IMG/VR virus record: IMGVR_UViG_3300035670_000058
Coordinates: 50,681 to 114,680 of that record
Direction: 5' to 3' (one strand)
Length of the DNA stretch: 64,000 nucleotides
DNA from: a virus
In this document: piece by piece, positions 20,303 through 32,370 of the stretch
Numbering within the stretch: position 1 is the stretch's first letter
Layout: the number at the start of each line of letters is the position of its first letter
Translations under genes and position numbers: made by a program
Notes under the pieces: generated by a model
The model's database searches: none
Told to the model about the DNA's origin: nothing
What the model saw: the letters and a program-made list of their open reading frames with translations, nothing else

Positions 20303-20697
20303 TTACCCTCAGTAAACTTTATAAGCGTGATAAAGGTATCTGTCATATCTGTAATACAAGAGTAAATCGCCTTTCCGATGCTTCAAGAGATCATGTAATT
20401 CCTAAGTCCTTGGGTGGACGAGGAGTAACACATAATATTGCACTTGCACACCGATGGTGCAATAAACAGAAAGGGCATAAAGTATTTCGCGCAGAACAAC
20501 ATGGTATTGGCTGGGTCGTCGTGGACCCGAAAGGAGAAATCGTATCCGACGAATATGAAAGTGCGCTAGATGCCAGAATTATCGCAGAAGAATTGAATGA
20601 GGATCGTGTCTATTTGGACTCTCATTACGAAGAAGCAGCCCAAATGAGCGAGGACAGCGATATGTATGTCATCATTTCTAGGAGTGCAGATGCTTGA
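20299..20697 (+). CDS. HNH endonuclease
   Basis: RDKGICHIC...DHVIPKSLGG...N...AHRWCNKQKG. Confidence 0.85.
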   Translation: MITLSKLYKRDKGICHICNTRVNRLSDASRDHVIPKSLGGRGVTHNIALAHRWCNKQKGHKVFRAEQHGIGWVVVDPKGEIVSDEYESALDARIIAEELNEDRVYLDSHYEEAAQMSEDSDMYVIISRSADA

Positions 20698-21108
20698 TGT
20701 AAGAACACTTCTAAGTGTCCACAGGCGATTGCGGGAGCATAAGAAAGGCTCCTTGATCGCTATTAGGAACAATATAGAATACGACCAATTTATGCGTGAC
20801 AATGCAGTAACACTAGTTGAAATCATCTTTGACTCAGTGCTTACTGAGATCGAAATCATGCTCGATGACACGCAGAAAGGGGTGAAGAATGCAGCCTCTG
20901 ATTGATCAAATCATGAACGAGGACAGTACACTGAACAAAATTGCCAGGGGTATAATCGCCGGCGCTGTGATTATCTTGACGGTTATGGTTATTGTCAAGT
21001 TTATGACCGGGCAATGGGCGCTGTAACGAATTATACCATCGAATAAAGAACGGAATCGAATTGGATTGACGAGCCGGTTACCCCGGCAATTGATCAGATA
21101 TATCTCTA

Positions 21109-22230
21109 TTGAGAAAGGAAACTCAATTCATGGCGTATTCTCACGGTGAGATCACCGATCATTTCGCTAAGCGGGAGAATAACCGCGATAAGCGGGGGAA
21201 TAACGTATTCACAGGACACGGGAATACAGAGATTTATTCCTACGGGACTCACTTCGTCCTTGCCATCGCGGATGATGATCGCAAGATTATCATTGTGAAT
21301 GGTGACCGATATAGCGTCACTACTGCTAGGCATCAATCCCTCCTTAGAAGCAGTCTTTTGGAATATCTTCCTAAGGGCTACCGACAGATTACTATCCCCT
21401 TTAGCGTGCTGTATGCTGCTAGGGTTGATAAGTACACTGTAACTCCTATTGATACAGAGACAGATTATGAGTCGGCTTATTGCAAGACTCATGATAAGTC
21501 TTTCTACGCTACCCAATTTGATACCGCTTATATGGTTCTTATGAGTCATAAGCGGGATAATGACTATGAGTGTCAGACTCATTATGAGCATCGCCTTGGC
21601 GGTAGTGTATTTCGAGCCAAGCCTCTTTACCATGAATTTAATCAAAACTATAAGTATTTTCTGTCGGGATTTGATGAGACTCACAACTCCCGAACCGATG
21701 GATATTTCATCTCTGAACTTCCACATTCTGTAAAGACTGTTGCGGATGGATATGAATCACTGAAACCCAAGGAAGTTAGGGATGCTATTGCTGCTGGGCT
21801 TGATGTCAAGCGTCAGGGTGATGCATTTGCTATCCCTGTGTCTGATCTCAATGTTCGCAGGATGACTAAGCAGAAGGCTCATCTCGTTCCTAAGTCCGGT
21901 TGGGCATACCGCGATGATGAGGGTAATGTCTATGGGACAGCGTATCCCGGTTATAGTAGGACAAATGGTAAGCCTGTAAAGTGGGAGTACGGACCTCTTG
22001 GTAAGGAGTTGGAGATTCCTACGTTTATGATTGAGGGCCGCAATTCTCATGGGGCAAATGAGATTGCAGTTGATCGCTATGGGCATGTGTATGCCCGTGG
22101 TAATCTTATGCATCGTCCTATGGTGCGAATGCCTGAGCATAGAAATATCCCTCTAGGCAAGACTTGGCACCGTATCGTTTTCAATAGGGCTAAGGCTAGT
22201 TGGCAATCTACAACTGGTAGGGTTGACTAA
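21109..22230 (+). CDS. hypothetical protein (373 aa)
   Basis: long ORF with IYSYGTHF and YSVTTARHQ motifs seen in phage early proteins. Confidence 0.75.
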   Translation: MRKETQFMAYSHGEITDHFAKRENNRDKRGNNVFTGHGNTEIYSYGTHFVLAIADDDRKIIIVNGDRYSVTTARHQSLLRSSLLEYLPKGYRQITIPFSVLYAARVDKYTVTPIDTETDYESAYCKTHDKSFYATQFDTAYMVLMSHKRDNDYECQTHYEHRLGGSVFRAKPLYHEFNQNYKYFLSGFDETHNSRTDGYFISELPHSVKTVADGYESLKPKEVRDAIAAGLDVKRQGDAFAIPVSDLNVRRMTKQKAHLVPKSGWAYRDDEGNVYGTAYPGYSRTNGKPVKWEYGPLGKELEIPTFMIEGRNSHGANEIAVDRYGHVYARGNLMHRPMVRMPEHRNIPLGKTWHRIVFNRAKASWQSTTGRVD

Positions 22231-24515
22231 ATCGAGGTACTTATGAGTAGCAACCTCATTCAGTTTGCCTCTATCTTTGATGCTGCGGGTTGCAAGATCA
22301 ACTTCAATTCGCATATCATGGAGGCAGAGATTATCTCGTATCCTACGGGAAGAACTGGGGTTATTGAGGGAGCAATTGATGAGATCGATTGCTTCCTCGA
22401 TACCAAGACATTCAATGATGGTATTGCAATCCTTGCGATTGCAGATCAGATTGATGGTAACCCCAATCCCCTAGCGATAGAGACTCGCAATACTATTCTC
22501 AATAACGCCGGCTTGAAGAAGAACAATAGATATATCACTCAAGCCCTGGCACTTCTAAAGACAAATAAGAGTTGGCATTCAAGTGAGGTTCCAAACGAAT
22601 GCACATACTTTGGCGATCTTTGTACCACAAGAGGTATCACAGAGGTAGATGGAAAGCGGGGGCGTAAAAGTAGCCGTCTACCTGATGACTATCATATCCG
22701 AAAGACTAGCGGGATTATCAACCGTGAGCAATTGATCACACCACTTCTTGAGGAAGTGTATCGTGCAATCCCGCAGGAAAATCTTATCAGTATGAAGCCC
22801 AAAGAGGGTAACATTATCAATCTTGATAAGATTGATGAATTGGAGCCAGAGGAACTGGCTCGTATTCTCCAGCGTATTAGAGAAGCAGAGGTCAAGGTAA
22901 ATGACGCCTGATAAGGTTATTGGATTTCCAGCAACCGTTGAGCGATTTATCAAGTTGCGAAACGAAGAGATTGCAAATTGCTCCCTCTGTCAGAAGCATA
23001 AACCGGGGGAGATGATGCCAAGTCATTTCCTATCTGATAAGGTGATTGATGGTCAACTGTGCCTCTACACAGGAAATTGTGGTGGAAATGGAAGACGATT
23101 CAATCCAGTCCTTGAAGAGTTTGTTGGCAATGCTCATTGTACCTGTGATGCGTGCTTCTAATGGATGACGAGCAGGAACAGGCTCTAGAGCAAGCCTACA
23201 GAGAAGAGGCTATGTATCACAAGGGATGGGATGACTCCCGAGAGTATTATCGAGAGGCATTCCAAATCCTTGTGATGGACATGGGTTTCATGGGTGAATT
23301 CAAACTCACTCATGAGGTTGTAAATGATATCTTCAATGAGCATCCTGAAGATGCTGCTGGTATTCTCTATCAGGCAGCACTCAATAGAGGACAACCGTAA
23401 TGGTAGATGATAATGTGATGTATGTGGGTAGATACCCAGCAAGCATGTTGCTTGATATCCTCTCTGATGGAATTGATTGGAGTGCCAGAGGATTTTGGGC
23501 ACAGGTTGAAAAATTTAGTTGGTATTGGTGGTATGTACGCGATGATAAGGGTGAGCCTGATATGAATAAGGTTAGCCCTGATCTAACTCCTGATACCGTG
23601 CTAATGAAAGTGCGCGATGATGAAGATGGAGAGGCAAACGAAGAGCATCGAGTATTTACTCCCATTACCCTCAATGATCTTGCACAGTCTACTGATTGGG
23701 CGCTGGAAGAGTATTCTCATCTCTTTGGATACTCTGTAAGCAAGGGCAAGATTGTTGATATTGACTATGATGCAATCGGTGCTGATGTGATCATTCAGAA
23801 GATTGTACTTGGAGAGGTGATTTATGGGTAAAGGATATCGTGTTGAATGGTCTATTGTGCTTGAAGCAGATGATCATGTTGATGCTGCTCTACAAGCGTG
23901 GGCCACTCTAGATGATTCAACTACATACAATCAATACGCAACCGTCCTCTTTGTGGAAGAATATGAGGGCGATGGATCAGATCGTAAGATGATTGACATG
24001 GAAGACATGCATATGGAGGACAATCCCCGTGCCTAGGTCGCTTGAAGATATGAAGCGTGATCGTGGCGGTATGTGTCATCGCTGTGGTATGGATATTATG
24101 AGTCCTGAACAGAAGGATCATACATACTGCAATGACTGCTGGGATACAATGCTCGCTCATTCCTTTGAGCGAGATGATGATGATCTTTGTGCCCAGTGTG
24201 GAGAGGATGAGAATTATCGTCCTCATGACATTTACAGGCGCAAGATCGCTGATAGAATGTATAGAATTGCGGGGCTTGGATGACTGTTGGTCTATCTATG
24301 ATGGAACCCGATGAGCCTGAAGAGGGAGATTACGCTTCCTTTGATGGTGGTTTCAAGTGGTACCAATATAATAAGATTGTACTCTCATGTAGTGAGGATG
24401 ATGATCCTGCGGCTAGACTAGCGATCCATGCCGCGCTCAATAACTACTGGCCTAACGCATGGCTATTCTCTGATCATGGTAACGCACATCTATTCATCTA
24501 TTTGAAGGAGAAGTA

Positions 24516-24992
24516 ATGGGACTCGATATGTATCTTCATCGCAAGACATATGTGCAGAACTGGCCTTTCAATAAGCCGGAACAGCATGTAGATATCACAA
24601 TTACTAAGGGTGGTGAGCCATACCCTGGAATTGAGATTGATAAAATCAAGTATATTGTCGAGGAAGTTGGATATTGGCGCAAGGCAAATCAAATCCATCA
24701 GTGGTTCGTTGATAACTGCCAGAATGGAGTTGATGATTGTGGGGAGTATTACGTCACAGTAAATCAACTTGAGCAACTTGTAGATATCTGTAAGAAAGTT
24801 TTGGCTGATCCATCTAAGGCAGATAAACTTCTTCCTACACAGGGAGGCTTCTTCTTCGGGTCTACAGATTATAATGAGTGGTATATTCAAGATTTGCAAA
24901 ATACCATCGATCAACTGACACCGCTTATTGAAGCCCCAACAGATGAAAATGGTCTTCCATTCTTTGACTACTACTATCACAGCAGTTGGTAA
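24516..24992 (+). CDS. conserved phage protein (MGLDMY / YWRKAN family)
   Basis: MGLDMYL...EVGYWRKANQIHQWF...LLPTQGGFFFGSTDY. Confidence 0.75.
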   Translation: MGLDMYLHRKTYVQNWPFNKPEQHVDITITKGGEPYPGIEIDKIKYIVEEVGYWRKANQIHQWFVDNCQNGVDDCGEYYVTVNQLEQLVDICKKVLADPSKADKLLPTQGGFFFGSTDYNEWYIQDLQNTIDQLTPLIEAPTDENGLPFFDYYYHSSW

Positions 24993-25003
24993 GGAGTAAT
25001 ATA

Positions 25004-25534
25004 ATGGGTCTGGATATTATCGCAGTCTCTAACGTCGTAAAGATGGAGAACCCTACTCTTGATGGGTGGGATACTCCTGTTGGCGTTCATGCTGATACAT
25101 TCAAGGCATATCATCTTCGTGGATTTGAGCGGTCATTCCGTGGCCTTGAGGAAGAGGCTTGGTATATGACTACTGATGAGTCAGATATGGTTGACTTTCG
25201 TGCTGGCTCATATGGTGGATATAATAAGTGGCGAGATCATCTTGCTACATTTGGTGTAGGAGTGCCCGCAGCAGAAATCTGGGCTAATACTGATAAGTAT
25301 CAGGACGGGCCATTCTTTGAGTTGATCAACTTCGCTGATAACGAGGGATCAATTGGTCCCGATGCAGCGCGTGATCTTGATATTGATTTTGCTGTCAATA
25401 GGGATGACGTTGAGCAGAAGGCTCGCGCTCATTTCACAGATGACGGTGATTTTGATTGGTTCATGCAGAAGTATGATGACTGGGCAGAGGCATTCAAGAT
25501 TGCTCGCAATCAGGGACTGGTGTATTTCTGCTAA
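25004..25534 (+). CDS. conserved phage protein (MGLDI family)
   Basis: MGLDI...FRAGSYGGYNKWR...FFELINFADNEG. Confidence 0.7.
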   Translation: MGLDIIAVSNVVKMENPTLDGWDTPVGVHADTFKAYHLRGFERSFRGLEEEAWYMTTDESDMVDFRAGSYGGYNKWRDHLATFGVGVPAAEIWANTDKYQDGPFFELINFADNEGSIGPDAARDLDIDFAVNRDDVEQKARAHFTDDGDFDWFMQKYDDWAEAFKIARNQGLVYFC

Positions 25535-25771
25535 TGACTACTATCAAAGTTGCACCTATGAGGATGCAAACTCATCTCAAAGAGGTGGGTAGAACCATCA
25601 ATGATAATGGTAACAAGATTACCTTTGATTTTAGTGATACGTCAGCAGTGAGAATTACTACTGTATCAGAGGATGGACATTCCTGTCAGATAGTCCTTAC
25701 GAGCAGGGAATGGTTTCTTGTCAATGAGTTGAAGGACACGATCTACAGACTGAAAACAACTACAGTCTGAC

Positions 25772-25801
25772 TTGAACCTACTATTCACAGAATGGTATAC
25801 T
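25772..25801 (+). promoter_or_regulatory. TTGAACCT-class promoter
   Basis: TTGAAC-18-TATACT; one of six copies. Confidence 0.6.
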
Positions 25802-27940
25802 TGATTCCGCACAGTCGGGAGACTTGATGATGGATAATTTGAAACTCTACCTAGTTGAGTATGAACCGTTTGTATTCATAGTTGCATACGAAACCTATTG
25901 GGCAGAGGATATTACTCATGCTAGAGAGCAATTTGCTAATGCCCATCCAGATGGGGTAAATGATGTGATCAGTATCTTTGAGTGTACGAAAGTTTGGGGC
26001 GAGGAAGATGACAACGCATCTTAGCGATTTCGATAAGTCTCATATTGGTGAGATTATTCATTATGACAATAGAGCCTATGAGTGGACCAGCGCACATATC
26101 ATCAGATTTATTGATCGTATGATCAGCAAGGGTGCATCTGATTATGAGATGGGTACACTCTATGCTCTGTGGCCCGAGTATTTTGATGCTGTACTTGATT
26201 GGTATGGCTGGCCTAAGAGCGAGCAGAAGATGATGATTGCTCGTTGGATTAGTGCGGTGGGATAAAAATGAACGTAACGCAGTTTGATCAGATTCCAGAA
26301 GCAGAAAAGGAATTGATTGCTTTCATCAGAAAGGTGTTGAATCTCTCTGATGATGTACGAATTACTGTTGAGTCATGGTCTGATCAGTTTGGTGGCTATA
26401 GGATTTCTGAGATTGATGTCTTTACACCTGATCCAGAAAGAGGACTTCCATTTGGATCAGGTGGAACCTATATGCAATCAGATTATGACGCTGGTGCTGT
26501 ACTCTTTGCAGCAGAGCGATTTGTAATCAGTCGTAATGACCCTATTGAAGAATGGGGACTAGATAGTTATATTGATTATCGTCAGGAAAGGGAACAGGCT
26601 TTAGCAGAAGCATTGGGGGCAGAAATTCCTGAGTGGGAAGATAGGAGATAACTAATGAAGCCTCTATATAAGACAACTATTATTATCTGGAGTCCCTTTG
26701 ATGGAGAGGAAGCAGAACTTACTGATCTAGCATTTCAAGCAACAGAAGGTAATAGTTATTGCTCTTCTCAGAAATCTATTCTGGTAGATGATCCAAGGGA
26801 TGATCCAGATTGGGATGGTACATCATTCTTTGATGATCCATACTGAGGATATAAATGGATACTCAAGATAAGTTCATGAAGACACTTGAAAAGGAACTTC
26901 CAGATCACTTGGAAATGGTTGTGAATAAGAGTTACCATAATGATGGAGTTATTTTTATCCAACCAGTTGAGTCCTTTGAATGTGTGCTTATGATTAGATT
27001 CAATTTCCAAACCAATTACTGCACATTTGAAATCTCTCCGGTAATCGCCGGCTCTTACCGTATTGAACAGAATTCAACTATGGTCTATGTACCTAGTCCA
27101 TTTGAGAAACTTGGACAACTTATTGAAGATATCAAGAAGTATCTTCTCTCATAAGGGAACCCCTAATCATGAATGATGTGACGCTCACTATTACAATCGA
27201 GCGATTGCTTGATCCTGATGCTGCTGATAGATTTCTAGAGTTGGAGGCAGAGAAGCAAGGTATCATTGATTCAGATCGATCAGCATATGAGATTGAGCAG
27301 GATATTGATGGGCTGCTCAGCGATTATCTTGATACTTCTGACTTCCATGATATTGTCAAATACGAACTCGATGCCGAATATTCGGGGGAATAAGGAATCT
27401 ATTTATGTCGTATAAAGGTATCGAGATTGAAGTGACGCCCGATGATATCGCTAAAGCACTTGATCCATCCCGCACATTTGATCCAGTGACTTATGCGATC
27501 ATCAGGACATACCCATATGTACCTGTCATTGATGTAGGCTCAGAGTATGTGGTAATCGGCAATGCAAAGTATTATACCAACGATGTGCTTTATGAGCATC
27601 TACTTGAGTGGGATAAGTACAAGGTATTCCACCCACATACATACAGACTAAAAAGGGCGCAAGATAATATGTAATATATACTATCTAGGTATATATACCA
27701 TGTTGTCTAGATGGAGTGAATCCCCAGATATCGGGGCCATTCTTATTGCGTGTCTAGTTGTGATCGGATTGATCCTCTTGATCCAAAGTGGGGGCAAGAA
27801 TGACAGATTATAGTTAAATATATACAAAATATATAGGAGATACCACAGATGTGATCTTGATAAGCTATTGCCAGGTATAAAAGAGGCGCAGGCTTACACT
27901 GTAAACCATATAAATATATAACAGAATAAGCACGAACGTT

Positions 27941-27981
27941 TGCCCTTATCTCGTATAATTACGGGATAAGGGCTTTTATTT
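27941..27981 (+). terminator. intrinsic terminator
   Basis: GCCCTTATCTCGT...ACGGGATAAGGGC followed by TTTT. Confidence 0.75.
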
Positions 27982-28414
27982 TGAATTACGCCGGCACCTC
28001 TGTTACATGGAGAGTTTTTTAATTATATTTATATCAGTATATATACGTAATTGACACCTTTTATTCCTAGGCAATTGCGCAGCCAATGGAGCGCAGCGTA
28101 TTTTAGAGGCGTATTGCCTTGGAATAATATATCCTTTTTTATATGGATTTAGCCAATAGACTACGAACACAGAGTAAGTCAGTATTATTTAGCCAATGGA
28201 GCGCGCCGCCTAATAGGTACGTATTATCCTGGAGAATATAGAATGAAATTGAATTAGAATTAAGCTCCGGTTACTGTTACGATATATACAATATATTTAT
28301 ATCTATTTGCCAGCTCTTGCAGCTTATCCCTTTACCACCTGGCCTTGCCTAGCTGATTGCGCATGCAATTGTCTGTCCCTATAAAATTCATTTGTTGCGA
28401 TTTGCAAATAATGC

Positions 28415-28443
28415 TTGACAAGCGCCGCGCGGTGTGCGACAAT
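28415..28443 (+). promoter_or_regulatory. sigma-70-type promoter
   Basis: TTGACA-17-GACAAT with TG extension. Confidence 0.7.
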
Positions 28444-28559
28444 CCTCTTGTACCCGAAAGGGAGCACCTTTACAAGAGAATAGAGAGGGCAAGGCGAAAG
28501 GTAGCCTAATTCTCCGTCCTGACTAACTAGCATTTATGCTAGAGAAAGGAGGTGAAAAT

Positions 28560-28856
28560 ATGGCAACGTATCATATCGCCAAGATGCGTGTCGTGCGGCC
28601 ATCCGAAAAGATGGCGGCAAAGCATCCCGACCGTTTCGCAACGGTTTTCGGTATCTTTGCTAATGAGCAGGGGCAGCGGCTTAGCATTACGTCTAAGGTA
28701 ATTACCATTGACGAGGCTAAGGATAGCGATACTACGATTGACATCGTGAATGGTATTCTTACTCTTCCCGATGGAAAGCGTGGTCGCACCGCTTCCGAAT
28801 CCATTTCGCAGGACGATATCGAAGCGGAACTCGCAGCGCTTCGCGGAGAGAATTAG
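28560..28856 (+). CDS. small protein, paralog family A (GKRGR motif)
   Basis: AAAGGAGG SD; clear similarity to 29320..29721. Confidence 0.8.
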   Translation: MATYHIAKMRVVRPSEKMAAKHPDRFATVFGIFANEQGQRLSITSKVITIDEAKDSDTTIDIVNGILTLPDGKRGRTASESISQDDIEAELAALRGEN

Positions 28857-29319
28857 TTACTAATTAGCCAAAACCCTCTCTATTCTCAGAAAGGATAAAC
28901 TAATACTGAATTAGTATTATAAAACGAATTGAATTTCGATGCCGGCCAGGTTCTTGAGCCAATGGAGCGTAGCGTATATCAGGTACGCCATATATATTTG
29001 AATTTGAATTATGTTCTTGTTCTTGTTATATATCCTGGATTATATTTGAATTTAAATTCTGTTCCTGTTTTATATTTTAGCCAATAGATTTCCATTCTCA
29101 TCTGGGGGGGGGTGAGCCAATAGAGGGGGGGGGATGAATGCCGGCCAAGCTCACCGACAATGTGAGAATAGAGCCTGTGGGCGACCAATACATTGGTCAG
29201 TATTGTCCACCTAGAAACACTTGACAGGGTATGCGCCTTGTGGCAGTATATGGGTGTCAGAGATGACAGGGACCCGAGAGGGACCCGAGAACCTTAACAA
29301 GTGAATAGCAGGGGATAGG

Positions 29320-29721
29320 GTGACAAGGCCCGACAAGGGCGAAAGGGAAACTCCCATTAGCGTCACCTACTTCGTGGATCGGATGCGCGTCATCCGGCCC
29401 ACAGGGAAGACCAAGGATCGGAACCCTGATCGGGTCTTCACCGTCAACGGCGTCTTCTACTCCACCGAGAGGGATGCCAAGGGCAACATCATCGTCAAGG
29501 ACAAGTTGTCCATCATCACCAAGAACGTGGACGTGGATGACGCCAAGTCCACCGAATTCGCCCTTGACGTGACGAACGGCTACCTGACGCTCCCTGAGGG
29601 GAAGCGTGGCCGGGTCGCACAGGCGGGGCTGGCAGAGGCGGATATCCTCGCGGAATTGGCCGCGCTGCGTGGCGAGGACACCGACGACACCGAAACCGAA
29701 ACCGAAACGGAAACCGACTAG
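29320..29721 (+). CDS. small protein, paralog family A (GKRGR motif, TE-repeat tail)
   Basis: MRVIRP, LSIITK and GYLTLPEGKRGR...AELAALRGE shared with 28560..28856; start uncertain. Confidence 0.8.
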   Translation: MTRPDKGERETPISVTYFVDRMRVIRPTGKTKDRNPDRVFTVNGVFYSTERDAKGNIIVKDKLSIITKNVDVDDAKSTEFALDVTNGYLTLPEGKRGRVAQAGLAEADILAELAALRGEDTDDTETETETETD

Positions 29722-30121
29722 GTATTAATTCACCCATCCCCTGCTATTCCTACCAATTTAATGAGAATGCCGGCGAGCTGCATATATATACAAATTAAGA
29801 ATTGAATAAGAAATCTTAACCTGTTTACTAAATAAGCCAATAGACTCCCGGCTCAATTGGAGGGGGGAAGCCAATGGAGGGGGGTGGCATAAAGGGACGC
29901 CCATACCTGGGATATATGCGCATATTCGAATTGAATTCGAATTGCCGTTCTGTTCCTGTTTTAGTGAATTGAATTAGCGCACCTGTTCGGTTACGTGCAA
30001 CGCGCACAGGGATACCTGGCCGAGCCGGCCAGTAGCTGCGCGTGCAACTACCCTGGATTCGACGCGCACGGCAAAGCCCTACCCGAAGGGGTAGGGCTTG
30101 CCTGTTGGGAAGGACTAGGGA

Positions 30122-30403
30122 CTAGTCGATCATCTCCTCGTAGGGCTTGTCGAAGAAGCCACCGGGGACCGACTCGTTGAGCCTGTCCCACAGGTTCCGC
30201 GCTTCCGCGTTCATGTCGCGGTCACGCATTTCCTGATGGATGAGGTAGAGGCCAAAGGTGACCTCATCGACGGTCGGGACGCCAAGGTCCACGCCCACCG
30301 ATTCCTGAAGGAGAGCCAAGGGGAACATGGTGTCGGTACCCTCGTAACCGAAATCCACCAGTGCCCCGTAATCGAGTCCCTTCAGGTACTCAATCGGGTC
30401 CAT
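30122..30403 (-). CDS. small acidic protein, paralog family B
   Basis: MDPIEYL...IHQEMRDRDMNAEARNLWDRLN; hairpin terminator downstream. Confidence 0.7.
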   Translation of the reverse strand: MDPIEYLKGLDYGALVDFGYEGTDTMFPLALLQESVGVDLGVPTVDEVTFGLYLIHQEMRDRDMNAEARNLWDRLNESVPGGFFDKPYEEMID

Positions 30404-30983
30404 TATTCGGTTATCCTTCCCTGTTGCCTTGGGTTCTTCCCTTCCCCTTGGGGTCGGTCCCTGCTGTTTCCGACATCCATAGATTAGCACGACCACCATA
30501 GGGATGAAGAGCTCAATGTCACAAGAATTCGTGACCAATGGCACTATGCAAGCGCCGGCAATTGTGCTACAATCCTCTGGGACAGCCCAGGGTGCGAAGC
30601 CAATAGAATGCGTCAGCAGACTGGGGCGTGAGCCAATGGAGCGCAGCGTGTATGTTGGGCGCATGGAATATACAGTAGATGAGTATTAGAATTGAACTGC
30701 GGTTCTGTTCCTGTACTGTAGAGGATTAGCCGTTCTGTTCTGTTAGGTATATGGTGTATAGCAAGGTGCCGGCTTCGCGCCATTTCACGCTATCCTGGAT
30801 GAATCTATACTGATTCGCTATGATATAGGCTCGATTTGTCCTGGTCTATTGAGCTATCCAAGCCGGCTCAAATCGCCCAATAATCGATTATTCTGGGCGC
30901 AAGAAACCCCTTGACAACATTCACCAGGTGCGCTAATCTACTGGTAGATCAAGAAACGCTCCTACAGGGAAGGGACACCAGAA

Positions 30984-31229
30984 ATGTTGGACGCAGCGAC
31001 ACTCATCGAGGACGGGTACGACCCGGACATGGCGGCGAAAGAATTGATGGAGGATGCACAATTCATCATCAGCGATCTGGCCGAGGATCTTCGCAGCCAG
31101 GATCGCAGACTACAGGATGCATTCTCTGGGCAGGAAATCCCCGAAATCGTCTGGGACGCGATCTGCGCCATCAAGGCGACGGTCAAACATCTCGATAGCG
31201 CGGAGGATGCACTGGTCCGATATATGTGA
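30984..31229 (+). CDS. small acidic helical protein
   Basis: own TTGACA promoter (30911) and terminator hairpin (31241-31277). Confidence 0.7.
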   Translation: MLDAATLIEDGYDPDMAAKELMEDAQFIISDLAEDLRSQDRRLQDAFSGQEIPEIVWDAICAIKATVKHLDSAEDALVRYM

Positions 31230-31626
31230 ATAACCGAATATATTAGTGCGGGGGTAATACATACTCCCGCACTAATACATAGCCCTGGAGTAATATATAA
31301 GTCCTGGGGTACTAGAATAGAATATAAATAAATCTTAACAATAAGAAATCTTAACCTGTTTAGTAAATTAGCCAATGGAACGCATGCATAAAAATGCACG
31401 CCGAGCCAATGGAGCGTATATATAATATTGGGCGGGTGTGTGTTTGAATACGAATTGAACATCCGTTCTGTTCCTGTTTGAATAGCACCTCGATTCCTGT
31501 TATGCGCATAAGCGCATAGCACGCGCATAGCGTGCGCCTAGGCGTGAGCTTGCCGGCCCTATGGGCCAGGCACTTGAGCATGGTGATAGGGGAGAGGCTT
31601 TCGCGCTCTCCCCTATCTGCTAGAGT

Positions 31627-31932
31627 CTAGTAGTTGACGGGCTTGGTGGACCGGACGAACGAGGCGTACTCGCTGTAGGTCTGGTCCTCAAGGATCGTGC
31701 CGTTCGGAGAAGCGGCGTTGATCCGGTTGAAGAGATCGACTGCATCCCCGTCCAGATCGCGCCACACCAGATGGGCGTGGATCATCTGGGAGAGAAGAGT
31801 GTCGGTGGAGATGGTGTAAGGATCGCCGCTCTTGACTGCCTCCGCGTAGAGGCTGGCCTCCTCCTGTGCAATCGCCACCAGAACGTGATCCGGCACGATG
31901 CTCAGGTAGACCATCATCTCTTCAGGCCCCAT
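31627..31932 (-). CDS. small protein, paralog family B
   Basis: IHAHLVWRDLDGDAVDLFNRIN...QTYSEY. Confidence 0.75.
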   Translation of the reverse strand: MGPEEMMVYLSIVPDHVLVAIAQEEASLYAEAVKSGDPYTISTDTLLSQMIHAHLVWRDLDGDAVDLFNRINAASPNGTILEDQTYSEYASFVRSTKPVNY

Positions 31933-32370
31933 CTATTCAGTTATCCTTTCCTACTGCTGGCCCCTCTGGCCCTGTCAGATCGTGTATCGATCTGATAGGT
32001 GTATCTTCGTCTATAGCGCTATCATGATATAGGTCCATATGGGGTAGATATTTGTGACCAATGGCACTTGACACACAGGGGATGATGTGCTAGCCGGCAA
32101 ATAGAACAGGCGTTCTAAAGCTGTGCGAGCCAATAGATTCAACATCCATTGAATGGCGCATGAGCCAATGGAGCGTGCCGCGTGTATGGGGCGCAGGAAT
32201 ATATACCAACTATGTATTAGAATCGAATATCGGTTCTGTTCCTGTCATAATGAATTAGCCTGATGTGTTGTTCTGTTATATCTCCTGAGGCCGGCTGTGC
32301 GCCTCTCCTGTGAGTCGCCTGGCCCTAGGGCAAAGAGAAAGGACCGGGTGTCCAGCCCGGTCCTTAGTCT

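Larger units (their letters stand above)
22243..27674 (+). other. second run of about 18 small co-oriented hypothetical genes
   Basis: contiguous ORFs (22243-22911, 22901-23161, 23400-23831, 26268-26651, 26855-27154, 27405-27674 and others). Confidence 0.7.

Noticed and set aside
30404-30664. N-terminal extension of the 180-aa ORF 30122..30664, and ORF 30962..31528
   Set aside because: They run through the non-coding repeat module; better starts with SD exist at 30403(-) and 30984(+)
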